IMG/VR virus record: IMGVR_UViG_3300048672_000430
Span: 1 to 64,000 of that record
Direction: 5' to 3' (one strand)
Length of the DNA: 64,000 nucleotides
Source: a virus
This document shows positions 38,234 to 50,247 of this stretch, piece after piece. Both the position numbers and the translations under genes were made by a program. Within the stretch, counting starts at the first letter, position 1. Each line of letters begins with the position of its first letter. The notes under the pieces are model-generated. The model was not told where the DNA came from, searched no databases, and worked only from the letters and a program-made list of their open reading frames with translations.

Positions 38234-38472
38234 TTGGTTGGATAGGTAGTGTATTATTAGCTTGTTGTGGGCTTCCAGAATTAATTAGAACAATCAAGGA
38301 TGGTAAGTGTCACATCGGTTGGGGTATGCTCCTATCCTGGTTTTTTGGTGAAGTATTCGTCTTTGTTCATATATTAAAAACAATTAACGACTTAGCCTTA
38401 CTAACAAACTATTCATTAAATATAATTATAATTTCGATTATGTTATATTATAAAATTAGGAGATCAAGATGA
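38230..38472 (+). CDS. PQ-loop/SemiSWEET-like 3-TM protein
   Basis: IGWIGSVLLACCGLPELIRTIK, three hydrophobic helices, LTNY..N..YYK. Confidence 0.6.
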   Translation: MIGWIGSVLLACCGLPELIRTIKDGKCHIGWGMLLSWFFGEVFVFVHILKTINDLALLTNYSLNIIIISIMLYYKIRRSR

Positions 38473-38685
38473 CATTTAATAAAAACTCATACTACACTAT
38501 ACCGAACTCATCAATCTACATTTTCATACTAGATGTTCTTTCACAGGATGAAAAGGAAGCAAAACTTAATGTATTTTATCTAAACAAAGAAGGTAGAATT
38601 ATAACATTCGATTACATTAATGTTAAAAAAGAAAACACATCACATTGGGAACAATCAAAATTAATTAGAATAAAACTATAATAAC

Positions 38686-38714
38686 TTGACAAATTAAATA
38701 AACTATGCTAGTAT
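38686..38714 (+). promoter_or_regulatory. Repeated sigma70 promoter
   Basis: TTGACA-aattaaataaactatgc-TAGTAT. Confidence 0.75.
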
Positions 38715-38917
38715 TCATTTAGGAGATATCAATGTTTGATAAATTAATGATAATTATAATTTCTACAGCAATGTTAATAATGATCTTGGGAGTCACTAGT
38801 ATAGTTGTTTCGTCAATCGGGTGGTATTCATTTCCCCTTGTTGTTTTTGCTATGTTATCAACAATTAAGTATGTTGTTATTTTACTCGGTACTTTAGAAA
38901 TTATATAGGGGGGATCA

Positions 38918-40424
38918 ATGGTAATAGAAGGTAAGATTAGCGGTCAACCTTACAGAAGAAGATTTAATTCTGGAGATCCTAAACCAACATGTGCTAAATG
39001 TAATAGACTAATAAGTAATCCAGTGCAAACTACTATAAGTCCTAGTAAACCTTATTATAATTTAATTGATGGAAAACTAGAATTTAAAAGACAATGTAAT
39101 CAAATTGCATATTCTTATATGACAACTACATATTATATCTATGAATCTAAAAGTGGGTGGTCTGTAATATACTGTAGTAAGAAATGTAGAGATAAACATA
39201 ATCATAGATTTAATAAAGGAGTTTAAAATGGAAGATAATAAAGTATTTTTAATCTGTTCCTTGACTATCAGCTTGTTGGTTGCTACTATATTCATATTTG
39301 CAATCTACAGAAGTAGCGTAGATGGAAGATATGTAGCATGTTTAAGAAATCAACAAGTTAATTGTGATGGGATTATAAAATGAATAAAGAACAACTAGAA
39401 ACAAAAAAGAAAGAAGCTTGGGATAGGTATGCAAGCATATTTCACACACAAGAGGATCACAGAGAGTTTTCAAATGGTTTCGATGTAGGAGTCAAGGTAA
39501 TGCAAGTTGAGGTTGAAGAACTGAAAGAAACCCTATCAAGTTACATTAAAATAGATGATAAGATTATAGATGATCTTGAAAACAAAGTCAAAAAAATGCG
39601 TAACCTAATCTTAGAATTATACGGAACGATTGAAGGTGTTCGTTACTATGAACCAGTAATAGTATTGCTGAATGAGTTAGATAATGAATAATTGGATTTG
39701 TGCAAAATGTGACACGCTTCAAAATAATATATACGGGTGTGAATACTGTGGAAATAAACGTCCTTCTATTGAATCACTACAAAGACAAATTAAAGAACGT
39801 GACGAGTTATTACGTCAGTGTTATAAGTATGCTCCATTTGAAGGAAAGTTAAGAGGCAAAATTGAAGCAATCTTAGAGGAGAGTAACAATGGGTAATTAT
39901 TGGGATGATAGACAACAAGGTAGAGAAATGGACTCTTACGAGAATTATATCCAACAACTCGAATCTCAACTTGCAGAAAAAGATAGGGAGATTAACAGAT
40001 TAAAAATAGATAATTCATCTATGGGGAAATTAATAGCTAAGTCTATTTTCATCAGCTATGACGAACATGATGAGATGCTTAGAAACAAGAAACAATTAGC
40101 AGAAGCGGTTAGGATTGTAACTAATCTTACTCATTATGAAATGAGTCCAGAGTTATATAAAATGGGCAAAGAATTTCTAGATAAAGTAAATAGGGGTAAA
40201 TAATGAATGAGAATGACATAATCAATACTGTGATACTAGTTCACCCGGAGAGTTGCTTTTGTGGAGTTTGTCAGACTAAGAGACATAATGATTTAGTGGA
40301 AAAACTAAAAATACATAATAATAAAATGAGAGAATGCTTACAAAAAATAGCAAATGAAGATTTTAGAGGTAATAGAAGTCAGGCTTCTGTTGATGCGTTT
40401 AAATGTTTGAAGGAGTTGGAATGA
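38918..40424 (+). CDS. Run of small hypothetical genes, several with CxxC motifs or coiled coils
   Basis: Closely spaced ORFs at 38918, 39380, 39684, 39889, 40203. Confidence 0.5.
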
Positions 40425-41050
40425 AACTAATAGATACTTCATTTGAAGTTATGAGTGATCTTGATACTATTATGCCTGTTGTAAAAATAATTGAGAAAGC
40501 GATTAGAAATTGTTATAAGTCAGAAGATAAGATAACAGAAGATAGTTATAAGACAATGATATCGAAAATGGTTGATAGCGATCACGCATCTACACTAGAA
40601 CATGGTGTCATAACAGTGAGGGTTATATGTAGCCGTGCTTGTTTAGCTCAGTGGACTAGACATAGATTAATGTCGTATTCAGTTGAATCTCAAAGATATT
40701 GTAACTATTCTCGTGGTAAGTTTAATAACGAAGTAGTATTTATTAAGCCTGATGATTTTGAAAAGTGGACTATACAACAACAGTTCTTATTTAAACAAGC
40801 ACTAGAAGACAGCGAAGAATACTACTTAGAGTTAATTGATGCCGGATTAAAGGCACAAGACGCTAGAGCAGTATTAAATAATGCGTGTAAGACTGAAATG
40901 GTTGTAACAGCAAACATGAGAGCGTGGAGAGACTTCTTTAAAAAAAGAACAACAACCCATGCCCAACTAGAAATTAGAAACATAGCAACATCTATCTTAA
41001 AAGAATTTCAATCGAAAGTACCTGTTATATTCGACGACTTGACAAATTAA
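40421..41050 (+). CDS. thyX: Flavin-dependent thymidylate synthase
   Basis: HASTLEH, SRACLAQWTRHRLMSYSVESQRY, DARAVL, NMRAWRDF, HAQLEIR. Confidence 0.92.
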   Translation: MKLIDTSFEVMSDLDTIMPVVKIIEKAIRNCYKSEDKITEDSYKTMISKMVDSDHASTLEHGVITVRVICSRACLAQWTRHRLMSYSVESQRYCNYSRGKFNNEVVFIKPDDFEKWTIQQQFLFKQALEDSEEYYLELIDAGLKAQDARAVLNNACKTEMVVTANMRAWRDFFKKRTTTHAQLEIRNIATSILKEFQSKVPVIFDDLTN

Positions 41051-41067
41051 ATAAACTGTGCTATAAA
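41039..41067 (+). promoter_or_regulatory. Repeated sigma70 promoter
   Basis: TTGACA-aattaaataaactgtgc-TATAAA, overlapping thyX stop. Confidence 0.7.
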
Positions 41068-41089
41068 TATATTAACGGAGAAACCAAAG

Positions 41090-41533
41090 ATGAAATACTT
41101 ATTATCATTACTTTTAATTTTTAACATTCAAGCATCAACAACTGGGACATTGTTTTTATCTGGAAATGTACCAAAGAAGGTTGAGATTTCTGTAACACCA
41201 GACAGCGTGGCTTCAACATTAGACCTAGAGGCAACACAAGTCGATTTAACTATTGCTGAATTAAGTGGTAAATCAAACGTAAATGCTGGGTATAAAATAA
41301 GTCTAGCTTCTTCAAATAATATGAAATTAGTGAATGTTTCTAACCCTTTAATGTTTGTCAACTATTCTTTAAAGATAGGTACAACATCAATTACTAATGG
41401 TGGCAACATAAACTATACAGGGAAGGGTACATTCAGTAAAGATTTGAAGATAAGTTATACCGGAATCGATTTCACTAACTACGATGATGGAAACTATAAC
41501 GATACTTTAACCTTTACAATTGTTGGTAACTAA
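41090..41533 (+). CDS. Secreted fimbrial/pilin-like beta-sandwich protein
   Basis: Signal peptide, alternating N-terminal strand GTLFLSGNV, C-terminal GNYNDTLTFTI as in Csu/spore coat U-type pilins. Confidence 0.55.
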   Translation: MKYLLSLLLIFNIQASTTGTLFLSGNVPKKVEISVTPDSVASTLDLEATQVDLTIAELSGKSNVNAGYKISLASSNNMKLVNVSNPLMFVNYSLKIGTTSITNGGNINYTGKGTFSKDLKISYTGIDFTNYDDGNYNDTLTFTIVGN

Positions 41534-42036
41534 TGAAGACAGTAGAAGATTTAATAACTGAATTAAATTATTCCCTACCTTATGGTGATAATGAAATAAG
41601 AAAAGCATACAAGCTAGGACAAATAAACTTATTGTTAGAACTAGCAAATAAAGTACAAGGCTATCCGGTAAATGGTTTAATCAGAGGAATCATTACAGAA
41701 GATCAATTAACTGATAAATTAGTAGAGGTTTCAAATGATTAACTATTTTTTATTCTTATGTTCTTGTACTGCCATTCTTTTTTTAGCTGATAAAGTATCA
41801 AGGGATTCTGTAGACATAGAACGATTAAAAGCTGTAAATGAATCAAGAGCAAACACAATCATAGAACAAGAAATTAAGATTAACAATCTAACGTATGAAC
41901 TAGGAATGTGTAAGTTATTATATACTGGAAAACATTATTAGAGGTAAGTATGGATAGATTAGGGTTCACTATGATTTTAGCCTGTGGTTTAATTTTATTC
42001 TTAGCTGGATATATATTAGGTCTAGGTAAACAAGAC

Positions 42037-42065
42037 TTGACATTAATTATGAATCGTGATATAAC
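42037..42065 (+). promoter_or_regulatory. sigma70 promoter
   Basis: TTGACA-17 nt-TATAAC with TGn. Confidence 0.6.
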
Positions 42066-42080
42066 TTATACGAGGGACAA

Positions 42081-42542
42081 ATGACCCAACCATTAACTAA
42101 GTATTATCTGATATTTTTAATGTTACTATTAACACACAATGCTCCTAGTATTGAGTTGGCATCGAGACCTTACTTTGACCGATATATTGAACTGTCTAAA
42201 AAATGTGGATTAAATCTAAACACCGCAGAAATTAGAATTGAATACATGGACACTAAAATTAAATACCAAGTTGCTACTTGTAATTCATCTCAACAAATAA
42301 TACGATTAGATAGAAGATCTTTTCGAGGAGATGATATTCGTAGAGAACAAATTCTATTTCATGAACTAACGCATTGTTTAATGTCACAAGGACACAATGA
42401 TATTGACTTGAATATAATGAACACAAGTGGATTCATTGATAACCTAGATTATGTTAACAACTACGATATGTATATTAGAAAGATGTTTAAAGTTTGTAAT
42501 TATAAAGAACAAATAAAATATGAGGGATACGATGGGAATTAG
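42081..42542 (+). CDS. Secreted zinc metallopeptidase-like protein
   Basis: Signal-like N-terminus; LFHELTHCLMSQGH and NIMN Met-turn-like motif. Confidence 0.65.
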   Translation: MTQPLTKYYLIFLMLLLTHNAPSIELASRPYFDRYIELSKKCGLNLNTAEIRIEYMDTKIKYQVATCNSSQQIIRLDRRSFRGDDIRREQILFHELTHCLMSQGHNDIDLNIMNTSGFIDNLDYVNNYDMYIRKMFKVCNYKEQIKYEGYDGN

Positions 42543-43635
42543 ATTAAGTCACTCAGCCAGTACTAAATACACAGATTGTCCAAAATCGTATCAGTATCAT
42601 TACATTGAAAAGTTTAGGGCTGAAGTGCAATCCTCGGCCCTTCTCTTTGGTACTGCTATAGATAAATCAGCCGAACATTATGCACTCACTAAAAACTTCG
42701 ACGAAACTATTGAAGTATTTGAAAAGACTTGGCAAACTCAAAATATTAATGGAGTAGACGAGGACTTAAGATTTCTTTTAAACTTCACATATTCAGATAA
42801 AGATTTAGACACAGATCTACTTAAAAAAGATGACTGGAATATACTATCAGAACATTTTCATATCACATCTGATAACATAGAAGAAGCATTAAAAGAAGTT
42901 ATTTATACTAAAGCATCTACTGGATATGCGTATCTAAATAATCAAGATAAATCTATTTTTAACTATGCTAACTGGCTTTGCTTAAAACGTAAAGGTAAGT
43001 TGATGCTTAGAGAATTTAAAAACATATTCGATGGGAATGTTGAGCAAGTATTAGGATCACAAGTTAAGGTTGATTTAGAAAACGAATCTGGTGATTCTGT
43101 TGTTGGATTTATTGACTTTGTTGTTAAATGGAAAGGTATTGATAAACCAATTATTATTGACTTAAAAACAGCAGGTAGAGAATATGATGAGGACGCTGTT
43201 AAGAAATCACCTCAATTGTCACTATATGTTTACGCTGTATCTGAAAAATACGAGGGAACTAGAGAGTGTGGGTTCATAGTATTAAATAAGAACATCAATA
43301 AGAACAAGCATAAAAAATGTAAAGAGTGTGGACATGATGGTACAGGAGGTAGACATAAGACCTGCGACAATACTATTGAAGGTGTTCGATGTAATGGAGA
43401 ATGGAAGGAAACTATATACCCTAAAGCGAAATCACAAATACTAATAAGTTCAGTATCTGAAGTCTTGGTGGAAAGAGTTGTTGAGAACTTTAATGAAGTT
43501 AACAAAGCAATCAAGGCTGAAGTGTTTCCGAGAAACCTAAGCAATTGTATAAAGTATGGTTCGATTAAGTGTTCATTTTACGATATTTGTCATTCAAATA
43601 GTGAAGCTGGATTAATCAAAAAAGAAGACGCTTGA
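42532..43635 (+). CDS. PD-(D/E)XK exonuclease (RecB/Cas4-like)
   Basis: LSHS...CP, FGTAID, GFIDFV, IIDLKT, QLSLY, C-terminal Cys cluster. Confidence 0.8.
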   Translation: MGIRLSHSASTKYTDCPKSYQYHYIEKFRAEVQSSALLFGTAIDKSAEHYALTKNFDETIEVFEKTWQTQNINGVDEDLRFLLNFTYSDKDLDTDLLKKDDWNILSEHFHITSDNIEEALKEVIYTKASTGYAYLNNQDKSIFNYANWLCLKRKGKLMLREFKNIFDGNVEQVLGSQVKVDLENESGDSVVGFIDFVVKWKGIDKPIIIDLKTAGREYDEDAVKKSPQLSLYVYAVSEKYEGTRECGFIVLNKNINKNKHKKCKECGHDGTGGRHKTCDNTIEGVRCNGEWKETIYPKAKSQILISSVSEVLVERVVENFNEVNKAIKAEVFPRNLSNCIKYGSIKCSFYDICHSNSEAGLIKKEDA

Positions 43636-43660
43636 CAAATTAAATAAACTATGTTATATT
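43632..43660 (+). promoter_or_regulatory. Repeated sigma70 promoter
   Basis: TTGACA-aattaaataaactatgt-TATATT. Confidence 0.75.
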
Positions 43661-43967
43661 GTATTAGAGGAGATTATTATGGCTAAAAAAATTAAAGAAG
43701 CTACGGTAGAAGAAGTGACAAATGTTGCAACTAAAACAAACCAAACAACAGATTTAAAGACATATACTATCTTATATGAAGGATCAAAAAAATATTCATT
43801 GGTTGAAGTATCGATTGATTCAAAGTCTTTAGACAGCACTACAATGGCTACAGTTAATGTTGTTGAAAAGGGATTAGATTATTATCAAGTATTAGACTCA
43901 TTTAAATCACATGTTATTAAAGCTGGTTTATTTGACAAAAGAGTAGACTAAATAAAGGAGAGATGAA

Positions 43968-44555
43968 ATGATTAAGTCGGACACAATTACAAATCTAGCA
44001 GGTGCACTAGTAAAAGCACAAAGCGAAATGGGTAACGCATCAAAAGGTGCAGCAAACCCTTTCTTCAAATCAAAGTATGCGGATCTTAACGCAATTAGAG
44101 AGGCATGTCTACCTGTCCTATCAAAACACGGTTTATCTGTCTTACAACCAACTGTATTCATCGATGGACGTAAGTTTGTTGAAACATTGGTTATGCACGA
44201 ATCAGGAGAATTTATCGGAGGACACACTGAAATATTATCAGTAAAAGAACTAGATGCTCAGGCACAAGGTAGCGGTGTTTCGTACGCTAGACGTTACGGG
44301 TTACAATCGTTATTATGTATCGGTGCAGAAGACGATGATGGAGAAGGAGCTATTGGTAGAAGCAAATCATATTCAAAGCCTACAACCGCAACAGTTACAA
44401 CCAGCTCTACTATTGATACTAGTGCAGTAAAAACAACTAAGCCGGGTGGATTCGGTGTAAAGAAGAATGATTCATATGAAAAAGAAGAGGCAAAGCAATT
44501 AGAAAAGATCGCACAAAAAGCTTTAGAATTACCAAATAACGATGGATGGGAGTAG
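43968..44555 (+). CDS. erf: ERF family single-strand annealing protein
   Basis: NPFFKSKYADL, HESGE, QAQGSGVSYARRYGL, EDDDG. Confidence 0.9.
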   Translation: MIKSDTITNLAGALVKAQSEMGNASKGAANPFFKSKYADLNAIREACLPVLSKHGLSVLQPTVFIDGRKFVETLVMHESGEFIGGHTEILSVKELDAQAQGSGVSYARRYGLQSLLCIGAEDDDGEGAIGRSKSYSKPTTATVTTSSTIDTSAVKTTKPGGFGVKKNDSYEKEEAKQLEKIAQKALELPNNDGWE

Positions 44556-44746
44556 AATATGCAAAGACAAGTAGTAGTACCAATTGCTAATTATAAGACA
44601 ATCAATAAATGGCTTAATAAAGGTTATGAAATAGGATATACTTTAAGTGATAAGCTTGTAGTGTTGAATTTAATAAGACCAAGAAATATGAACAATTTAA
44701 ATGAACTAGTACAGGCAGAACCAGCAATGCTACGAGGAGGATACTA

Positions 44747-45479
44747 ATGACTGAAACAACAACTGTTACTGTGGAAAATAATGAAACTAAAGTAAACATT
44801 GAAGTACCAAAGACTGATGCTAAAAAGATTGAACAAGAAATGTTACAAGCTGCGGAAAATCGTGCAATCGATCCGGCAGAATCGGCAGCGATGGTTTTTC
44901 ATATGTATAAACCAGAAGTATTAAAGCGTTTACCTTTATTATCTAGTAAGCAGATGCGTAGATTATTACGCAAGCTTATTGAGTATCCTTTGAACGAAGG
45001 TGAGTTAAAGGGCTTTAGTAAGCTTGAGAACGAGTTCTTTCTCTTATCAGATGCGATGTTACAGTCAAAATTTATCATGATGCAACAAACGTATATGGAA
45101 AGTGCGGAAGAATTAGTGAAGGCACAGGACGCAATGTTTAAGGGTGAGATAAAAGAAGAAGTAGAATTTGGATCTTCAAATGAAGAAGTTAACGAACAAT
45201 TAAAAGGAGAATAACATGGCATACAAAAGATTAAAAATCGGTTCAATTTTAAAGTCAAGAGAGGAAGGGAAACCTGATTATATCAAAATCGATACTGATA
45301 TAGTATTGAAAAAGGGTGACTCCCTAAGTCTAGAGAGTAAGAAATCTAAGTTAGCTTCTCTTGAAAAGAATATCGAAAACGGTAAACTTAGTGGTGATCT
45401 CGCTGACAAAATTAGAGAAGGTATTGAAAAGATGCCAGAATTTGTTCGATTTGAAATTGTAAAAGTTACAAAAGATTAA
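44747..45479 (+). CDS. Two hypothetical replication-region genes (44747-45214, 45216-45479)
   Basis: Strong RBSs (GGAGG, AGGAG); no family recognised. Confidence 0.55.
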
Positions 45480-45603
45480 TTTTCCCTAGCAAGGAAGTAA
45501 AACACATATGCCGGGTGCTTGTTGATCAACAAGGTAAATGTTAGAAAAATGAACTGACAGCCCTCCCCTTTTTTCAACAAATAAAATATTTAGAGGATTA
45601 TCA

Positions 45604-47544
45604 ATGAAAGGAGATATGATGTATTTTAATATAAGAGATGGGTTGGCTAGTAGAGCAAAACTCGTCCCAGCAACAACAAAACTAACAGACGCAATTAAGA
45701 ATGTAAATAGAGACTATTATACTTCTTTGTATTTATATAATGAGAATCATAAAAAGATTCTAGAAGAAAGAGGAACATTGTCAGGAATTGCAGACGTTGT
45801 TACAAATAGACTATTATTTGATTTTGACGACAAAGAGAATACTGAGAATGCTAGAATGGACGCTATTGAAGCAGCAAATCGGTTGCTAGCATCAGGTATC
45901 CCAGAAGACGCAATAGTGCCTTATTTCAGTGGTAACAAGGGTTATAACATCGAAGTTACATTGAATGACTTTATTACCCCTGAAAAATTTGGTGCAATCG
46001 TAGACAGTATTGCTTCGGATCTTAAAACGTTCGATGTTGTAATTAGAGACGCACAAAGAGTTATACGTGTACCTGGCACTAAACACGATAAGTCAGAACT
46101 ATACAAAATTGCTTTAACGGCAGAAGAACTAATAAACCTAACAACAGATGAGATTAAAGAAATGGCTAAAACACCAAGACCTATTCCAACTAATGTAGTA
46201 AAGGTTGATTTACCAGAAGAACTAAAAAACGTGAAACCTGCTGAGATTAAGCTTGAAAAGGTTGTTGGTGAATTAACATTTGATACTAGTACAATCGATA
46301 TGAAGTCTAGACCAAAAGGTTTAGATGAAGCAAGATGGCTACTAAGTAATGGTTTTTTTAAGACAGGTGAAAGAAACTCAGCTATGTTATGTCTAGCTGC
46401 AACATACAAGAATCAGAACTTTCCACAAGAAGTAACTAAGGGTATTTTAGATGGTGTAGCAGAATTACAATCATCTAGAACTGGTGAGGATAAGTTTCAA
46501 GAAAAAGAAATTGATTTAATCCTTAACCAAGTATACGGGCCGAACTGGAAAGGTGGTACATTTACAACTCGTGATCCTAACAATTGGTTAGCTAAATATG
46601 CTATGAAAATGAAGATCAATGTTAAGGAAGAGAATGGCCCAATGACTATTGATGGCATTGGTGATAGCTTTGCGACTTTCGTTCAAAACATTGAAAAGAA
46701 TACAATCAAAACTGGTATCGAATCTTTAGATAAGACAATGCCAATTACTATTGGTAGTAATATCGGAATAGTAGCAGCGGCAGGAGCAGGTAAGACAGCA
46801 CTAGCACTAAAGATACTAAAGTATAACTCTCAAGCTGGAATACCTACAGTATTTGCTTCGTTAGATATGGTTAAGAATAGATTATTTGAAAAGGTATTGT
46901 ATAATGTCACAGGGTTGACAAGAGAAGATTTATATGCTACATTTAAGAAAGGTGAGGGTCATAAGCTAGTAGATATGGTAAAAGCCCAGTATGGTAATGT
47001 TTATTTCTATGATAAGAGTGGTGCAACAGTTAATGATATTAAAAACTATGTTATGGAAGTAGAACAGAAAACAGGACAAAAGATTAAATTAGTTATGTTA
47101 GATTACTTTGAAAGAATTAATAGTGATATAAGTGATGCGACGGCTTCTAGTTCAAAGGTAGCTAATGAAATACAAGATATGATGAATGATCTTGACGTTG
47201 CCAGTATTACTTTGTGTCAGCCTAATAAATTTAGCTTAGGTGGAGGCCCAGATACTGAGATTAAGAGTTATACAGCAATCAAAGGTGCATCTACATTGTA
47301 TCAATCATTCAGAGGGATTATATCGTTGAGTAGACCTTTTTATACACCAGAAACAAAAGACTTAGATAATTATATGATTATAAATGTTTTAAAGAACGAT
47401 CTTGGTGAATTAGATAGATTAAAGTATGGATGGTCTGGTAAACGTGGTGATATTTACGAATTAGAAGATGTTGAGTTACAAGAATTTAATGATCTTTTAA
47501 AACAGAAAGAATCTAATAAAAAAGGAGAATCTGGATGGGAATAA
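45604..47544 (+). CDS. Primase-helicase (AEP-type primase fused to DnaB-like helicase)
   Basis: LFDFD, FSGNKGYN, RVIRVPGTKH, GERNSAM; Walker A AAAGAGKT, FASLDM, LVMLDY. Confidence 0.8.
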   Translation: MKGDMMYFNIRDGLASRAKLVPATTKLTDAIKNVNRDYYTSLYLYNENHKKILEERGTLSGIADVVTNRLLFDFDDKENTENARMDAIEAANRLLASGIPEDAIVPYFSGNKGYNIEVTLNDFITPEKFGAIVDSIASDLKTFDVVIRDAQRVIRVPGTKHDKSELYKIALTAEELINLTTDEIKEMAKTPRPIPTNVVKVDLPEELKNVKPAEIKLEKVVGELTFDTSTIDMKSRPKGLDEARWLLSNGFFKTGERNSAMLCLAATYKNQNFPQEVTKGILDGVAELQSSRTGEDKFQEKEIDLILNQVYGPNWKGGTFTTRDPNNWLAKYAMKMKINVKEENGPMTIDGIGDSFATFVQNIEKNTIKTGIESLDKTMPITIGSNIGIVAAAGAGKTALALKILKYNSQAGIPTVFASLDMVKNRLFEKVLYNVTGLTREDLYATFKKGEGHKLVDMVKAQYGNVYFYDKSGATVNDIKNYVMEVEQKTGQKIKLVMLDYFERINSDISDATASSSKVANEIQDMMNDLDVASITLCQPNKFSLGGGPDTEIKSYTAIKGASTLYQSFRGIISLSRPFYTPETKDLDNYMIINVLKNDLGELDRLKYGWSGKRGDIYELEDVELQEFNDLLKQKESNKKGESGWE

Positions 47545-48028
47545 CTAAATATGCAATAATAGATGAGATGGGTTATATACTTAAATCATCTGACGATATT
47601 GAAGAGATCAAAAAAACCAAAGCAACTATGGATAATAGAAGAACTGGTAAATCTACTAGAACACTACTACACGCTCTGTCTGTTAATCCAGACAAGATTG
47701 TATATGTTGTAGCTATGAACCGTGAACATGCAAAACACTTGTTTGCAACATGTACTTCTTATTTGCGTGATCTTAAATTTGAGTTTGAATCAACAATAAC
47801 TACTTTAAAAATTAAACCTTTAAAGTCGGCCGCTATAATCTTTTTAACAGAAGATAGACTTAGAGGAATGGTTAAACCGGATGTTATTTTATATGATTTG
47901 GAGTAATTATGCAAATTAAAGTTATATGTATGGAAACCGGAAAATGGTTTATCACTACAGTCTCAATTAACGAAAATATCAATAAAATATATAATAAATG
48001 TGTTATAGAGAAAGTTTATCAATAAAAC

Positions 48029-48057
48029 TTGACAAATTAAATAAACTATGTTATAAC
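48029..48057 (+). promoter_or_regulatory. Repeated sigma70 promoter
   Basis: TTGACA-aattaaataaactatgt-TATAAC. Confidence 0.7.
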
Positions 48058-48559
48058 TATATTAAGGAGTCAAATATGACGAGATTAAAATTAATTCCAT
48101 CGAAAACCGTGGAAGAACAAATCGAAGAAATCAATTTACCTAATTTTGAAATAAATGAAAATTTTGATGAGAATTGGTTTACTGAAACTATCAAACAACA
48201 TGAAGAAGCTTTAAAGGTTTTAGATTGGTTTAAGGACGAAGATGACACTAACAATCCAGGAAATTAATTGGATGGTTTATTTAGTATTCTTTTTGTTATT
48301 TTTTGCGAGTTTTGAATGAAAGAACAACCAATAAGATGTCCTTTTCATAAAGGAATAATTATGATAGACGTTGAGTGGGCGGCTAAAAATGGACGAGTGT
48401 TTTGTGAAAGTTGCTGCAAAGCATTTCCAATTGAAGTTCAAAAACAAGAACCAGAAGTCGAAGAGATACTTAAAAAGTTTGATGAAGGTGTAAAAGAAAT
48501 TTTAAACGAAGAAGATGAAGATCCTAATTTTTATTGGGATAAATTTTAAGAGGGTTATT

Positions 48560-48943
48560 ATGAAGAAATTAATTATGAGTTTATTTATTGTTGGTTTATT
48601 AGGATTAACTTCTTGTGCTAGAGAAGCCGATGTTGCATCTGAAAATTTAAGCAGGTCTGCCGACTCTTTTGAAATTAATAGACGAATTGTATTCTATAAT
48701 GGAGTTACCGGAGATTATATCTTAACTATTGAAGGACTTTGTGCATTAGGTAATTTTGATAAAGAAAAAGAGCTAACTGTTACTTGTAAAACTGGAGCAA
48801 ATCAGTACAAAAAACATTTCCTAGGACTGTCAGATAACGTAACTTTTTTTGCAGAACAAATAGAAAGTGCTACAACTAGTATTTATCAATACAAAGTTAT
48901 ATTTAGACCTAGTACTATTATTCCAGATATTGAGGTTAAGTAA
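48560..48943 (+). CDS. Phage lipoprotein
   Basis: Lipobox LTSC; ADVASENLS..ADSFEINRRIVFYNG. Confidence 0.7.
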   Translation: MKKLIMSLFIVGLLGLTSCAREADVASENLSRSADSFEINRRIVFYNGVTGDYILTIEGLCALGNFDKEKELTVTCKTGANQYKKHFLGLSDNVTFFAEQIESATTSIYQYKVIFRPSTIIPDIEVK

Positions 48944-50247
48944 TTATGAAAGACAACGATTTACTATTCATTCGTAAACAACGTGCAGAAATAGCTCATT
49001 TTATCCATTACGAAATGACATCTGAAAACTGGAAAGAGAATAAAATATTAATTCAGATTTTAGAAAATATAGACTATCATTTAAAATTAAAAGATGCTGA
49101 ATTTGACGAGGTAGAATAATATGGAATTAATTGATATATTTGAAGAAGTTGCTGATCATGCTATGGAAAGATTGATGGAAACGGTTGCGTATTCAGGGAG
49201 ATATTATTCGTATTACTTAATTAATAACAATGTTTATCCTAATGTTCATTCTATTGAAATAGAGTACGATGTAAGCAAACCTTTTTTATTTAAAAAAGAA
49301 ACATTAACTATACAAATTAAAACTAGGACTAGAGAATTAACTGACATAGAAATAGTAAATGGTTGTTATAATTACCAGCAAACAGATATGGTAGTCTCGA
49401 AAAATAAAGAGTTAATATCTAAATTTAAAGAATTACAAAAAATGGGACACATGAGAGAGCTTGATAATGAATTAAAACGAAAACTACGTAGAGAAGAGGT
49501 AGTTAAACAAGCGATTAAAAACTCAATATCTGGAGTTATAGAATGAAATACTTATACTGTACTCTTGTGGGTGTATACTTAGGATTTAATTTTTGTATTT
49601 TATTAGACAAAGATACTGAGAATAAAGAACTACAAGAAAGAATAGACTATAAGATTGAAAATGCTATGCTAAATTCATTATTAAACCAATGTAGGAAATT
49701 AAAATGAAATATTTATATTATATATTTAGATTATTTTTTACACCATCATGCAGTCACAAGTTTACTATCTACTCTACTGGATCTATTGAAAATTGCGAAG
49801 GTGTCCGAGTGGGTAATTTTTACAATCTTCAATGTACTAAATGTGGAGATATTGTGAGAAGGAGTGTTCAGATATGAAAACTAGTGGATTCCGTGAAATT
49901 GACTTCACAAAAATAGAATGTAAAAACTGTGGAATGAACGGTGTAGCTAACGTGGGAACAATGTATTTTTGTGAGACGGGTAAAATTCCTAGGATTAAAT
50001 ACACTACAAAGCCGTTCAGTATAATGCCTGAAGTTGACTACATAGACTGCCCTAAATGCAATGGCACAGGCTATACAGATGAAACTGGCACAGAATTGGA
50101 GTTGGAATTTAAAAACTCTACATGCGAAGAATTACCATATATACTAAAACCTTTATCAGAAAAAGAATTGAGAAATTATTTAGGAGAAGCTGAAGTTGAA
50201 AAGGTATTAAATGCAAGACTTAAACTGAAGCTTACAACGGAGTTAGA

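Noticed and set aside
42454-42465. TTAACAACTACG copy of the late motif
   Set aside because: Inside a coding region, and the predicted start base is T; probably chance
42532-43635. Cas4 as part of a CRISPR system
   Set aside because: No other cas genes or array; sits near erf as a recombination exonuclease
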